From NCBI RefSeq assembly GCF_020745735.1, contig NC_083412.1, forward strand, positions 66,554,320-66,618,319: a stretch of 64,000 bases of DNA. Reading direction: 5' to 3'. A model generated the notes under the pieces. That model ran no database searches, was not told the DNA's origin, and worked only from the letters and a program-made list of their open reading frames with translations. Positions 47,966 to 59,340 of the stretch are shown in pieces. Both the position numbers and the translations under genes were made by a program. How positions within the stretch are numbered: the stretch's first letter is position 1; every line of letters begins with the position of its first letter. This DNA comes from Hemiscyllium ocellatum (Eukaryota).

Positions 47966-48539
47966 GTTGTGGAGGACACAATTTTAAAACACAGAATTTA
48001 TAGCAAAAGTTTACAGTGTGATGTAATTGAAATTATACATCGAAAAATACCTTGATTGTTTGTTGAGCCTTTCATCTGTTTGAATACCATGATAGCTTCA
48101 CTTCTTTCATGTGTAAATCACAAAAGTTTTTTAAAATGTCTATGCCATAATGTTTAGACTGATTCTAATCTAAAAAGTGAGATAACTGAGTCTTACATGA
48201 ACTCATGCAGTTTTTGAGCAAAGTATAATGTAACTCTGCAAGTACACCCCATGAATACATAGGTATATGTGTGCATGTGGGTCTTTGTGTGTGTGGGTGT
48301 GTGTCTGGGTTGGGGGATTGTGAGTGTGAGAGAGTGCATATGTGAGTGTAGAGTGTCTTAAGTCTGTGAGGGGGTGCATGTGTGTGTCTGGGGTGACACA
48401 CACACACACTCCTACAGCCACACACACATGCACCCCCTCACAGACTTAAGACACTCTACACTCACGTACACACAGATATATACACTCTCTCACACTCACA
48501 ACCCCCTAGCCCAGTCAGACAGACACATACATATGCGCA

Positions 48540-48576
48540 CACAAACATACGTACACACACACACATACACACACAC

Positions 48577-48615
<39 letters not shown>
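48540..48615 (+). repeat. (CA)n/(CATA)n microsatellite
   Basis: Visible CA run inside the fold-back element. Confidence 0.95.
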
Positions 48616-48616
<1 letters not shown>

Positions 48617-49469
48617 TATACGTTTGTGGGGTGAATTTGTACTTGCAGAGTTACATTGTACTTTGCTCAAAAATTGCATGAATTCACGCAAGACTCAGTT
48701 ATCTCACTTTTCAGATTAGAATCAGTCCGAACATTATGACACAGACAGAGAACACGGGGGCTAACACCTTCAACGTATTGTCTAGCTAACACCAATTGTT
48801 ACAGTTATCCTGAGAATGCAACTTTTAAAAATAAGTCTTGTCATTTACACATGAAAGAAGTGAAGCTATCTTGGTATTCGAACAGATGAAAGACTCAACA
48901 ATCAAGATATTTTTCAATGTATAATTTCAGTTACATCACACTGTAAACTTTTGCTATTAATTCTATGTCTTAAAATTGTGTCCTTCACAATCACCTGATG
49001 AAGGACCAGCCTTCCGAAAACTAGTATGCTTCCAATTAAACCTGTTGGACTTTAACCTGGTGTGTGAGTTTTAATTTTGTGCACCCCAGTCCAACACTGG
49101 CATCTCCAGATCTATAGCAACAGTTTATTTGAATGTGAAACACAAGAGAGGTGGTGACGTGATCTTATCGTCACTAGCAACAATTCAGGTATTGCTCCAG
49201 GCAATATCTTAAATCTAGCAGATATTGGAAACTGAATCTGATATATCTACTGTTAAAAGTCTATTGTAATCATGAAAACATTGTTGATTGGCCAAGTGGG
49301 ACATAACCAATAATACTAATAAATTTATGGGAATTCAACTTTGAAACTTTGAAGAAGGCAAGTCGGATCAGTAAGTGTCATTCAAGAAGTTTTTTTTGTT
49401 GTCGTACAGTTCTCCTGGCTAACTGATCTCATTTCAGGAAAGAAATCTTACCTAATCTGGATGAACAAA

Positions 49470-50480
49470 GGACAAAGGGAACAAAAGAGAAGTACAGCAA
49501 AGGAACAGGCCCTTCGGCCCTTCAAGCCTGTGCCAATCATCATGCCCTAACTAAACTGAAAAACAAGCTTTCTGCCCTTATTTGTTCTGTAACCCTCGAT
49601 TTCCTTCCTATTCATGCAACCATCCAGATGTCTCATAAATGTCACCAAAGTGCCTGCTTCCACCACCTCTTCTGGCAGTGCGTTCTGGGCTCCTACTACT
49701 CTCTGCGTGAAAAACATCCCTTTCACATCTCCCTTAAACTCTTCCCCTCTCACCTTAAACCTGAGCCCCCTTATAATTGAAACTTCAGCCCTTGGAAAAA
49801 GCCTCTGACTATCCAGCCCATCTATGCCCCTCATAATTTTGTAGACTTCTATCAGGTCTCCTCTCAGCCACCATCACTCCAATGAAAACAATCCCAGGCT
49901 TTTTAACCTTTCCTCATAACAATGTCCTCAAGACCAGACAACATCCTGGTGAACCTTCTCTGCACTCTCACCAGAGCTTCCACATCCTTCCGATAGAGTA
50001 GTGACCAAAACTGCACACAATATTCCAAATGCGGCCTAACAAGGGTTTAATATAGCTGCAGCCTGGTTTGCCAACTCTTGTACTCCATGCCCCAGCCGAT
50101 GAAGCATGCCATATGCCATCTTAATCACCTTGACCACCTGTGTTGCCAGTATTAGGGAACTGTGGTGCATGTTAATGTTCTTAAAGGTTCTGCCATTTAC
50201 AATAAAATTCACACCTAAATTTGATCACTGCACATATGTCTGAATTAAACTCCATCTGCTATTTCTGTGCCCAAGTCGCCAATCCAGCCATATCCTGTTG
50301 TATCCTCTCACAATCCTCAGCACAATCAGCAACTCCACCAATCTTTGTGTCATCTGCAAACTTATTAATCAGACCACCCACATTTTCCTCCATGTACTTT
50401 TTATACACTATCAACAACAGAGGACCTAAGAATGACCTCTGTGGAACGTCACCAGTCTCTATTCTGAAAAACACCCTTTT
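49470..50480 (-). mobile_element. CR1 LINE 3' part
   Basis: GLINKFADDTKIGG...; MRGIDGLDSQRLFP...; tail. Confidence 0.9.
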
Positions 50481-51025
50481 CAGGGAACGTTTCTGGGAAC
50501 ACTTTTGGGACACCCGCCCAACCAACCCGACTGCCCCATGGCTGAACACTTTAACTCCCCTTCCCACTCCGCCAAGGACATGCAGATCCTTGGCTTCATC
50601 CATTGCCAGACCCTGGTCACATGCCTCATCTTCCACCTAGGAACCCGCCAACCACACGGGATGAATGTAGATATCTCCAGCTTCCTCATTTCTCCTCCCC
50701 CCACCTTATCTCAGTCTCAACCCCCGGATCCAGCACCGCCCTCTTGACCTGCAATCTTCTTCCCAACCTCTCCACCCCCACCCCTCTCCGTCCTATCACC
50801 CTCACCTCCTTCCACCTATCATATTCCCAGCACCCCTCCCCCAAATTCCTCCCCCACCTCCTTTTATCTCAGCCCACTTGGCACACCAGCCTCATTCCTG
50901 AAGAAGAGCTTATGCCCGAAACGTCGATTTTCCTGCTCCTCGGATGCTGTCTGGCCTGCTGCGCTTTTCCAGCACCACACTTTTCAACTCTGGTCTCTAG
51001 CATTTGCAGTCTTCACTTTCTCCTA
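50481..51025 (+). mobile_element. 5'-truncated PLE (GIY-YIG C-terminus plus pLTR), family A
   Basis: CPMAEHFNSPSHSAKDMQILG; pLTR CTGAAGAAGAGCTTATGCCCGAAACGTC. Confidence 0.88.
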
Positions 51026-52703
51026 GTTGATCTTCCACTTCTACCCTCTGTTTCTGTGATCAGTGCAAAAGATAACCATCTAGCCAGCCCACCCTGAATC
51101 CCATGTAACTTTAGTTTTGTACAGAGAGATGCAACTTCTAATGCACAGCAATACAGTTGACTCTTAACTGCCCTCTGAAATGGTTCACTAATTCAATTCA
51201 AACTATTACAAAAGCTAAAGAAAAGAGGAAGGACTGAGGGTAGCAAGGGTGTAAAATCTGTTCTGAGTGGGAATCTTTCAATATCCATCCCCAAGTCTGG
51301 CATGACAGCACCTCTACTGACTGAGCTGGTATAGTACTAAAGGACATAGCTGCTCGACTAGATCTACAGCAGGTGGTGAGGGAACCAACAAGTGGAAAAA
51401 ACATACTTCACCACATCCTCACCAACCTGATGTCGATGCAACTGTTCGTAACAGTATTGGTAAGAAGAACCACCACATGACCCTTGTGGAGATAAAGTCC
51501 CACCTTTATATTGAGAATACACTCCACCATGTTGCCTGATTTAAATGGGATAGCTTTGAAACAGGTCCAGCAACTCAAGACTGGGTATCCATGAGGTGCT
51601 CTGTGTGATCAGCAGCAACAGAACTGTATTCAAACACAATCTGCACCTCACAAATTGACATTTCCCCCATTCTGTCAATACCCATCAAACAGGGGATTAA
51701 ATCGATGTCAGTGAAGAGGGCAGAAGGGCATGTCAGGACCAGCACCAGGCATATCTGAAAATGAACTGTCAACCTGGTGAAGCTACCAAACAGGACTACT
51801 CGCATGCCAAACAGCAGAAGCAGCAAGTGATTGACAGACCTAAATGATTCCAAACCAATGGATCAACCATAGGCTCTGCAGAGCTGCCTCATCCAGTTGT
51901 GAATGGTGGTGAAAACTTAAACAACTCAGTGGAGGAGGAGGCATCACAAGTATCCCCATCGTTATCGATGGGTGACCAGAGTACATCAGTGCAAAAGATA
52001 AGACAGAAACATTCACTTCTTCAGCTGAAGTGCCAAGTGGATGATCCACCTTGGCCTCCTCCAGAAGTGGCCAACATCACAGATACCAGTTTTCTGCTAA
52101 TTTAATTCACTCCACATGATATAAAGAAGAGGCTATGTGCACTGCATATTGGAAATCCTGTGGGCACCAACAATAATTCTTGTTATTCTTTTGCAGAATA
52201 AAGGCATCATAAAAAAGGCCAGTATTTTTTGTCTATTATAAATTGCCCATGGTCTGATTGGCTTCCTAGGCTACTTCAGAGGGATAGTTAGGAGACAATA
52301 ACATTGCTGTGGTCTGGAGTCACATGTGGGTCAGACCAGATAAGGATAGCAGATTTTCCACCTCTTAAAGTGAATCAAATGTTTTAATGAAAATTGACAA
52401 TCATTTTGTAGTCATAATTTTAATTAATCTTTGTTCCAGATGTATTAATTGCACTCAAATTTCATTATCTTCAATGGTGGGATGTGAATGCATGTGCCTA
52501 GACTACTCAGATTAGTTCTTAGTTCATTGACAATACTGCATCACCGACACCGTCATCAGCAGCAACATCTCCCCCGTCTCCAAATATTCTGACAATGGTA
52601 TTCTGTCTTCTGTTCCAGAACATGCCAAGTCCCAAATCAAACTGTTCCACTACATCATTGGCAGTTACCAAATAATATGCAAAATTGCCCAGTTATTTCT
52701 TGT

Positions 52704-53371
52704 CTGAGCTGAAAATGTTTGCTGGTTAAAGCGCAGCAGGTCAGGCAGCATCCAAGGAACAGGAAATTCGACGTTTCGGGCAAAAGCCCTTCATCAGGAA
52801 TGAGAAAAGTGTGTCCAGCAGGCTAAGATAAAAGGTAGGGAGGAGGTACTTGGGGGAGGGGCGATGGAGATGTGATAGGTGGAAGGACATCAAGGTGAGG
52901 GTGATAGGCCGGAGTGGGGTGGAGGCGGAGAGGTCAGGAAGAAAATTGGAGGTTAGGAGGGCGGTGCTCATCTTCCGCCGGGGAACCCTCCAACCTCAAG
53001 GGATGAACTCAGATTTCTCCAGTTTCCTCATTTCCCCTCCCCCCACCTTGTCTCAGTCGATTCCCTCGAACTCAGCACCACCCTCCTAACCTGCAATTTT
53101 CTTCCTGACCTCTCCGCCCCCACCCCACTCCGGCCTATCACCCTCACCTTGACCTCCTTCCACCTATCACATCTCCATCGCCCCTCCCCCAAGTCCCTCC
53201 TCCCTACCTTTTATCTTAGCCTGCTGGACACACTTTCCTCATTCCTGATGTAGGGCTTTTGCCCGAAACGTCGAATTTCCTGTTCCTTGGATGCTGCCTG
53301 ACCTGCTGTGCTTTAACCAGCAACACATTTTCAGCTCTGATCTCCAGCATCTGCAGACCTCACATTTTACG
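52704..53371 (+). mobile_element. Fold-back PLE derivative, family A, 14-bp TSD
   Basis: TSD CAGTTATTTCTTGT at 52690-52703 and 53372-53385; inverted pLTR (52704-52975) joined head-to-head to a sense copy. Confidence 0.92.
52766..52801 (-). ncRNA. Minimal type I hammerhead ribozyme, family A (fully intact)
   Basis: ATTC-CTGATGA-A-GGGC-TTTT-GCCC-GAAA-C-GTC-GAAT: 4-bp stem I, 4-bp stem II with tetraloop, palindromic ACGT stem III, GUC triplet. Confidence 0.8.
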
Positions 53372-53658
53372 CAGTTATTTCTTGTACATAAAATGTAGGT
53401 CAAATCCACTGTGGTCAATTATTTCAATGTCAGTCTACGCTCGATCATCAGTAAAATGATGGAAAGTGTTACCGATAGTGCTATCAAGCAGTACTTGCTC
53501 AGCAATAGCCGGCTCACTGATGCTCAGTTATGGTTCTGCTAAGGCCATTCAGTTCCTGTCCTCATTAAAGTGTTGGTTCAAGCATGGACAAAAAAAAAGC
53601 TGAATTCCAGAGTTGAGGTGAGAGTGACTTCCCTTGATACCAAGGTGTATTTAATTAA

Positions 53659-53862
53659 AAGTCAGAAGTCACATGACACTGGGTTATTGGCCAACAGATT
53701 TATTTGAAATCTCCAAGTTTTCAGATGCTGCTCCTTCATCAGGTGAATGAAGGGGCAGCACTTGGAAAGCTTGTGATTTCAAATAAATCTGTTGGACTAT
53801 AACCTGGTATCATGTGACTTCTAACTTTGTTCACCCCGGTTCAATACTAGCACCTCCCTATC
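53659..53862 (+). mobile_element. Fold-back PLE mini-element, family B (older)
   Basis: Inverted arms, tail GTTCACCCCGGTTCAATACTAGCACCTCC, TSD TTAATTAA at 53651-53658 and 53863-53870. Confidence 0.8.
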
Positions 53863-54329
53863 TTAATTAACTGTGGCATCAAGAAGCCCTAGAAAAACTG
53901 GAATCAATGGGAATCAAAGAGAAACCCTTCTGTTGATTGGAGTCATACCTGGCACAAAGGAAGATAGTTGTTGTTGACTATCTTCCTGAGATAGTGCATC
54001 ATCTCAGCTCCAGGACATCTTTGTATATGTTCTTCAAAGTAGTGTCCTGGGCGCAACCAAAGGGGCTACAATTTTAAGATGAAAGGCCCAGGAGGTTTAA
54101 AGGGTATTTGAGGAAAATGTTTTTTTCACCCAGACAGTGGTGGGGGTCTGAAATGCACTGCCTGGATAGGTAAAATTGGAAACCCTACAACCTTTGAAAA
54201 GTACATGTTGAGCATTTGAAATATCATACCATTCAAAGCGATGAACTTAGTGCTGAAAATTAGGACTAGTGTAGATTTAGTTTAGCTTTGGTGGTACAGA
54301 CTTGACGGACCAAAGGGCCTCTTCTATAC

Positions 54330-56210
54330 TCTATGATCCCATGAATGTAAAAGCGCATGGGCTCTCACAACACCATGCATCCCTCTCACTAATCTGCCAA
54401 CTCGTATCATGAAGGGTGGAACACGAAGGGCTGGACACCTCATCATGCATGAGGCAAAATGTCAGCTTCCTCCCAATGGAGCAAAAGCTGGCAATCTGTT
54501 TGGTGATGGATTATGATTTCTGTTGATAAACATCAAGAACCTATTCTATTACATTTGCATTCTGACTGGAACACAAGACTGTCAGTTTAAACTATATCTT
54601 TGTACCAGGTCTACAGAAAATGAGAAACTTGTGCCATCAGATTATGACTGTTTGAAGGTGGCATTCAGAAGGTGAAGTGATCTTCTTGATGGACTTAGAG
54701 TCAGTAAGAGTTGTTTTTCTTGTAAGGAAACTTTGTTGTACCAAGTGAGAGGAGACTGAGCTGTTGCACGGAATGGTGGATATCCAGGGAGGTTGGAATA
54801 TGACTGTTTGAGAAAAAGTGTGTGGATATTGCCCAGTAAAGCTGGGGCATGACTGTCCAAGGAAGGAGGGAAGTCAGGTCATAACAGCCCTAAGAAGGGT
54901 AGTGAAGGACAGAGGAAAGGAGCCGGATCATACAGGGGGAGTTCAATCTCTACTGAATGCAAATCAAGGTTGACAGAGGGGAGATCAATGGTGCCTGAGG
55001 GAAGGTCAAAGGTGAGATCGGGAAAATCAAGGAGAAGAAGAGTCAAGGAGAAATGAGGAGGTCAAAGGGCAGATCCAGGCTGATGACTCGCAGCTCCCAG
55101 TCCAAGTGTTTGTGGCCAGGGGTAAAGCTGCTACAGCAGGGAAGGGAGACCATGTCATAGAGTGGATTGGTGACAGTGTGGTGGGTGGAGACTAGCTGTG
55201 ATTGACACACAACAGTGCCCTCCCTATTGGTCCATATCCACCAAGTCAAAAACGAAGGCCAAATGGAACATGCTGACCAGGTCTTTACCAGCCTTCTGTT
55301 TGCAGTTCACTTCAGATCTCATGCACCCTGTATGTTTTGATGCAGTGGCAGAGAAGAGGGCAACCAGAGAATGTCATAGGGCCTGCTGCAGCAATGTCCA
55401 GAAAGCCACTAACAGGCCATATGAAAGGTCAGGCAGCTCAAGGTGCTGACAACCATGGTGCCAGTCCAGTCATACATCAGGTTGAAAGAACTATAATTAA
55501 AGTCACAAAGCTAACTTTAACAAAAATGAAAACAAAATAGAACCTGCTCCTTACTGTCAATTGTTTCTTATTTAAGAGTGAGGAGACAACCTGAAGGTGA
55601 TGCAGGGTTATTGGTGTGAGAAGAGAGTGGGCAATGAGTGTGAGTGAGAGAGGCTGTTCAATGTAATGGAAGGGAATGTCAGCATGAGCCCTAGTGAGAG
55701 GCGGGTGCAGTCACTGAGATGGAGTGACTGTGAGGGAGCAGAAAGCAGGATGCAGAACCTATCCTGAAGGATGAGTGAAGATCAATTACACTCTTTGACA
55801 TTGCAGTCCTGTTCTCTTCACCCTTGATATGGTACTAACCAGGCTGTGTTGGGTGGCAAGGACCTCTTCTGATGGTTCTCCAGGAGAGGACAGCTTTTCA
55901 TAGCCCCACCTCTTACAGGACCCTGTTAGAGAAACACATTGGCACTTTCCCCTTCTCAGTGATCTCCCCCTGCAGTATCCACAAAGGAACAGTGCCACTG
56001 CCAATGTTAGCACTTCTCCAGGTGTATTGTGGGCTTTCAAAGAAGGCACTGGCAAATGTTGGTCTTGTGGTGGATGTCTGCTGTGTTGATTGGGAGCAGC
56101 TTATGGTAAGCTGGGGTGAAAATTCGACACCATTGGACAAGCATCAGCAATTATTTCAGTAAGTTTGTTAAGATAATAGGAAGAAAACTTACTGGGTCTC
56201 ATGGCAAGAT
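54330..56210 (-). mobile_element. Harbinger remnant with Myb/SANT ORF2 and transposase traces
   Basis: LVSTISRVKRTGLQCQRV (SANT-like) at about 55790-55900; VFINR-like trace at about 54520; AAGATTCTGTCC TIR-like end at about 56207. Confidence 0.55.
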
Positions 56211-57307
56211 TCTGTCCAAAAAAAATTAACTCAACTCGTATTTAACCAAAACATCATGAGATTTGACCCATTGTGATGACCTTCAAATTTACACTTATTT
56301 AATTCTTTGTATTCATATTGTTAATTGCATTTTAAACTTAATGTCACAAAAAAATCTCTTTTAATTTGTCTTGAGTTTATTAAATGGGGCATGGTTGCTA
56401 CTACTTTGGGTGATAACGTAAAATGGGTGATTACAATTTGGAAACCAATTTATATCTCTGCTGAATGTTATTGTTTCACCTTCTGCTTACCAAGGACTTC
56501 CTATGCTGAGTGCAAGAGTCTGTGTATAATTAGTGATAGAACATGGACAGCTATAAGTCTTAACAAGAAGAGGCACTTGTTTGAGGTAACAAGGTATAGT
56601 TTATTGAAATAACAAACAGTAAAATTAACATTTAAAATTTAAGCACAATTGCAACTATCACAAGCCAAATGTGTTGTTTTTGGTATCCATCAGAATCTCA
56701 TGGAAGACTATCTGTTTTTATACCAAAGCCCGAGACATCAACAGGTGGGTTGGAACTCAATGCAACTCAATATTTACTCTTCCAGAACCATTACTTTATA
56801 CAATAGTTGCTTCCATTGATTTTTGGTTAGCCAATCCTACATTGGAGTCCCCAAACAATATTTTGGCCCTCATTCATAAATGCAAAAGCGTAAAATTAAT
56901 ATGAGATGTAAGTAAAAACCCAACAGTATTTTATCATTTTCCTTTACGGTGACAAGTGCACTATTGGTTGAAAATCTGTCTGTGTTCCCTATCCTCTATA
57001 TTGGAGTTTAGCAGACCTGTTAGCACACAGACAGTGGAGCTTATATGGCTGAATTTCTAAATCAATGCCTCTTGAGACCTAAAGGAAATATATACAATTA
57101 CAAACAGGCCTGGGTTGTGAATGAGTTCTGTTCTTGAGTGCACTCACAAGACCACTTTCTAGTCAAGTCAGAACACAATATATGACATGATAAAGGAGCT
57201 ATTCATAAATACAGAAAATATTCAAATATCAGAACTTTATAATGACACTGTTATATAGGGATTGCATTCATAAGTACCAACGCTCATAAGTCAGATGTTC
57301 ATAAATT

Positions 57308-57318
57308 GGGGACTTTCC
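57308..57318 (+). promoter_or_regulatory. Canonical NF-kB site GGGGACTTTCC
   Basis: Exact kappa-B consensus in non-repetitive DNA upstream of the HHLA2-like gene; function unproven. Confidence 0.35.
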
Positions 57319-57591
57319 GTGTACATCTTATTCCTTATATTTAAGTTTGGAGAAAATATGCTTATCTTTGACCTTTTAATGTGATTCCCTCCATTGTACA
57401 GAGACTGACATTAACTCATTAATCTGGATATAAGACTTAAAATTAGCATCTGAATTGAAGATAGTATATTTCAAGAGGTATCAAAAACTGAAAAGCACAG
57501 AAGTTATGCTGAACTGTATTGAAAGTGGGTTATATAATATTAGTATGGGTTGTATATGGCATTTAATGTAAAAGATAAGAAATGAACTAAA

Positions 57592-57930
57592 GATCATAGA
57601 ATTCCTCCAGTGTGGAAACAGGCCATTTGCCCAAAAGATCCACGCCAACCCTCCAAAGACCATCCTACCCAGAACTATCCCCCTATCCTATATTTCCTAT
57701 GGCTATTGCACCTCACCTGCACATCCCTGGACACTATGGTCAATTTAACATGGTCAATTCGTCCAACTTGCACATCATTGGATTGTGGGAGGAAACTGGA
57801 GCACCCAGTGTGAACCCACGCAGACACAGGAAGAATGTGCAAACTCCACACAGTCACTTGAGGGTAGAATTGAACCTGGGTTCCTGGCACTATGAGGCAG
57901 CAGTGTTAATCACTGAGTCACCATGCCACC
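57592..57930 (-). mobile_element. HE1-like V-SINE
   Basis: Reverse-strand V-domain and B-box (GAATTGAACCTGG). Confidence 0.88.
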
Positions 57931-58569
57931 TTTAATGATCTCAACAGCATTGCAAGATTTTAATTATTCAGAAAAGAGAAAGGTCAAGGGGTGAGCTAAT
58001 AGATGTCTTGAAAATAATTAGTTAATTGCACAGTCATTAAATGTTAGAAATTTACTTTGGCCAAATTTTCAGCATGGAGATCACAATGCTTGAATCATTA
58101 CCTGCCTACACCCCTGCACATCAAGGCTGAGCTAATGCTGTGTTTACTTTCCACCTCTTCTGCATGAATTTTATATTGGCTCATTCAACTCCCGCATTGA
58201 ATCCCTGTCTGTTAAACTATCTACAGCCTCTGAGCACAACACAGCATCCTGCCAATATTGTGTGCAACTTGCATGATCCAGACAGTTTGCTCTTTTCAAA
58301 TGTTCACTGCCTATTAAATGGAGGCTGCTCACATAGAACCATAAGAAATGAGACCACGATTTGGCTATTTGGCGCCTTGAGGCTGCTCTGCCTTTCAGTG
58401 GAATCATGGCTGATCTTGACTTTAAAACAATTTTCCTGCACTAAGCCTGTAAGTCGTGATGTTTTTAGCATGTGGGAATTTGTTGATCTCAGTCTAGAAC
58501 ATACTTAATAACAGAGGCTAAAAACTGACTGTGGCAGAGAATTCTAAATATGCACAGCCCTGTGAATGA

Positions 58570-59340
58570 TAAAGCTTGTTATAATTGTTAGCAGGCCTCT
58601 GTCAAGACAAGGTGGATAGCCTATGCTCAAGGGTTCCTGACACGGGCAGCCTCTAATATAAGTCATGGCCCTGCTCGGGTGGGTCAGAGTCAGGATCCTC
58701 TCCACATTAAGGGGATATGAAAATGGGTGTTACAATTATTACTGTCGGTGCAGGTGGAGAAGTGCCCTGAGAGAGTAAGTAGACAGCAAAGAGGGCATAC
58801 AGAGTTCATGCTGTAATGGGATTAGTGTGAGCAAGAACGAGCAAGGAAGATATTGCAGGTAATAGTGAAAGTGGTAGTGCATGAGCTGCAGTGGAAGGTG
58901 GGAGCAGCAACAGAGTGAGTGTAGGATATTGCAGAGAAGGTGTTGTCATTTATGCTAATAGTGTGGTGAAGGACATCAAACTTCTTCCTACAATGCTGGG
59001 AATTCCTCCACAAAGCTAAGATTGCTTTAACTTGGTTTGCAACCTCAGACATGACCTGCGTTTTTTTCTCTACTGTTTACCCTGGGGAGGAGGAAGGACC
59101 CCATCCAGTAGGACTTCCAAGATCCTGCCTGCAAAGCAGGACATCAATGCCCCCCTGTCTGTCATGTCTGGGGCAATTGTCAGCAATCATGCTTGGCAGA
59201 TCACAATTGATAGTTCCTGTCCTGGTGCATAATGGGCTTTTAAAGATGGCGGCTGTGTAAGGGATGCCAGTGAATTCTGGGATATTCTCTGAGTGGCGAG
59301 TTGTTCTGGATATTGCATGTACTAATACAGGACAGAAACT
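58570..59340 (-). mobile_element. Harbinger ORF2 (Myb/SANT-like) remnant
   Basis: DLGSPTG/LEVLLDGV...SEVANQVKA...RNSQHCRKKFDVL matches the Myb_DNA-bind_5-type pattern. Confidence 0.65.

Larger units (their letters stand above)
47876..49110 (+). mobile_element. 1.24-kb fold-back PLE derivative, family B, 12-bp TSD
   Basis: TSD TCTATAGCAACA at 47864-47875 and 49111-49122; arms of about 0.55 and 0.65 kb are inverted copies, including the GT/CA-rich centre. Confidence 0.9.
51290..54060 (+). mobile_element. Decayed CR1/L2-group LINE pieces (same family as 12800-14190), split by several insertions
   Basis: Endonuclease and RT remnants; QAWTKK.LNSRVEVRVTSLD; interrupted by a SINE fragment (~52270-52500) and two PLE elements. 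Confidence 0.75.

Noticed and set aside
48165-48634. His/Thr- and Cys/Val-rich ORFs
   Set aside because: Translation artefacts of CA/GT microsatellite-like sequence in the fold-back element
14311-53862. Recurrent palindromic repeats as a CRISPR-like array
   Set aside because: Dispersed, variable length, TSD-flanked, no spacers, eukaryotic context; explained as PLE ends
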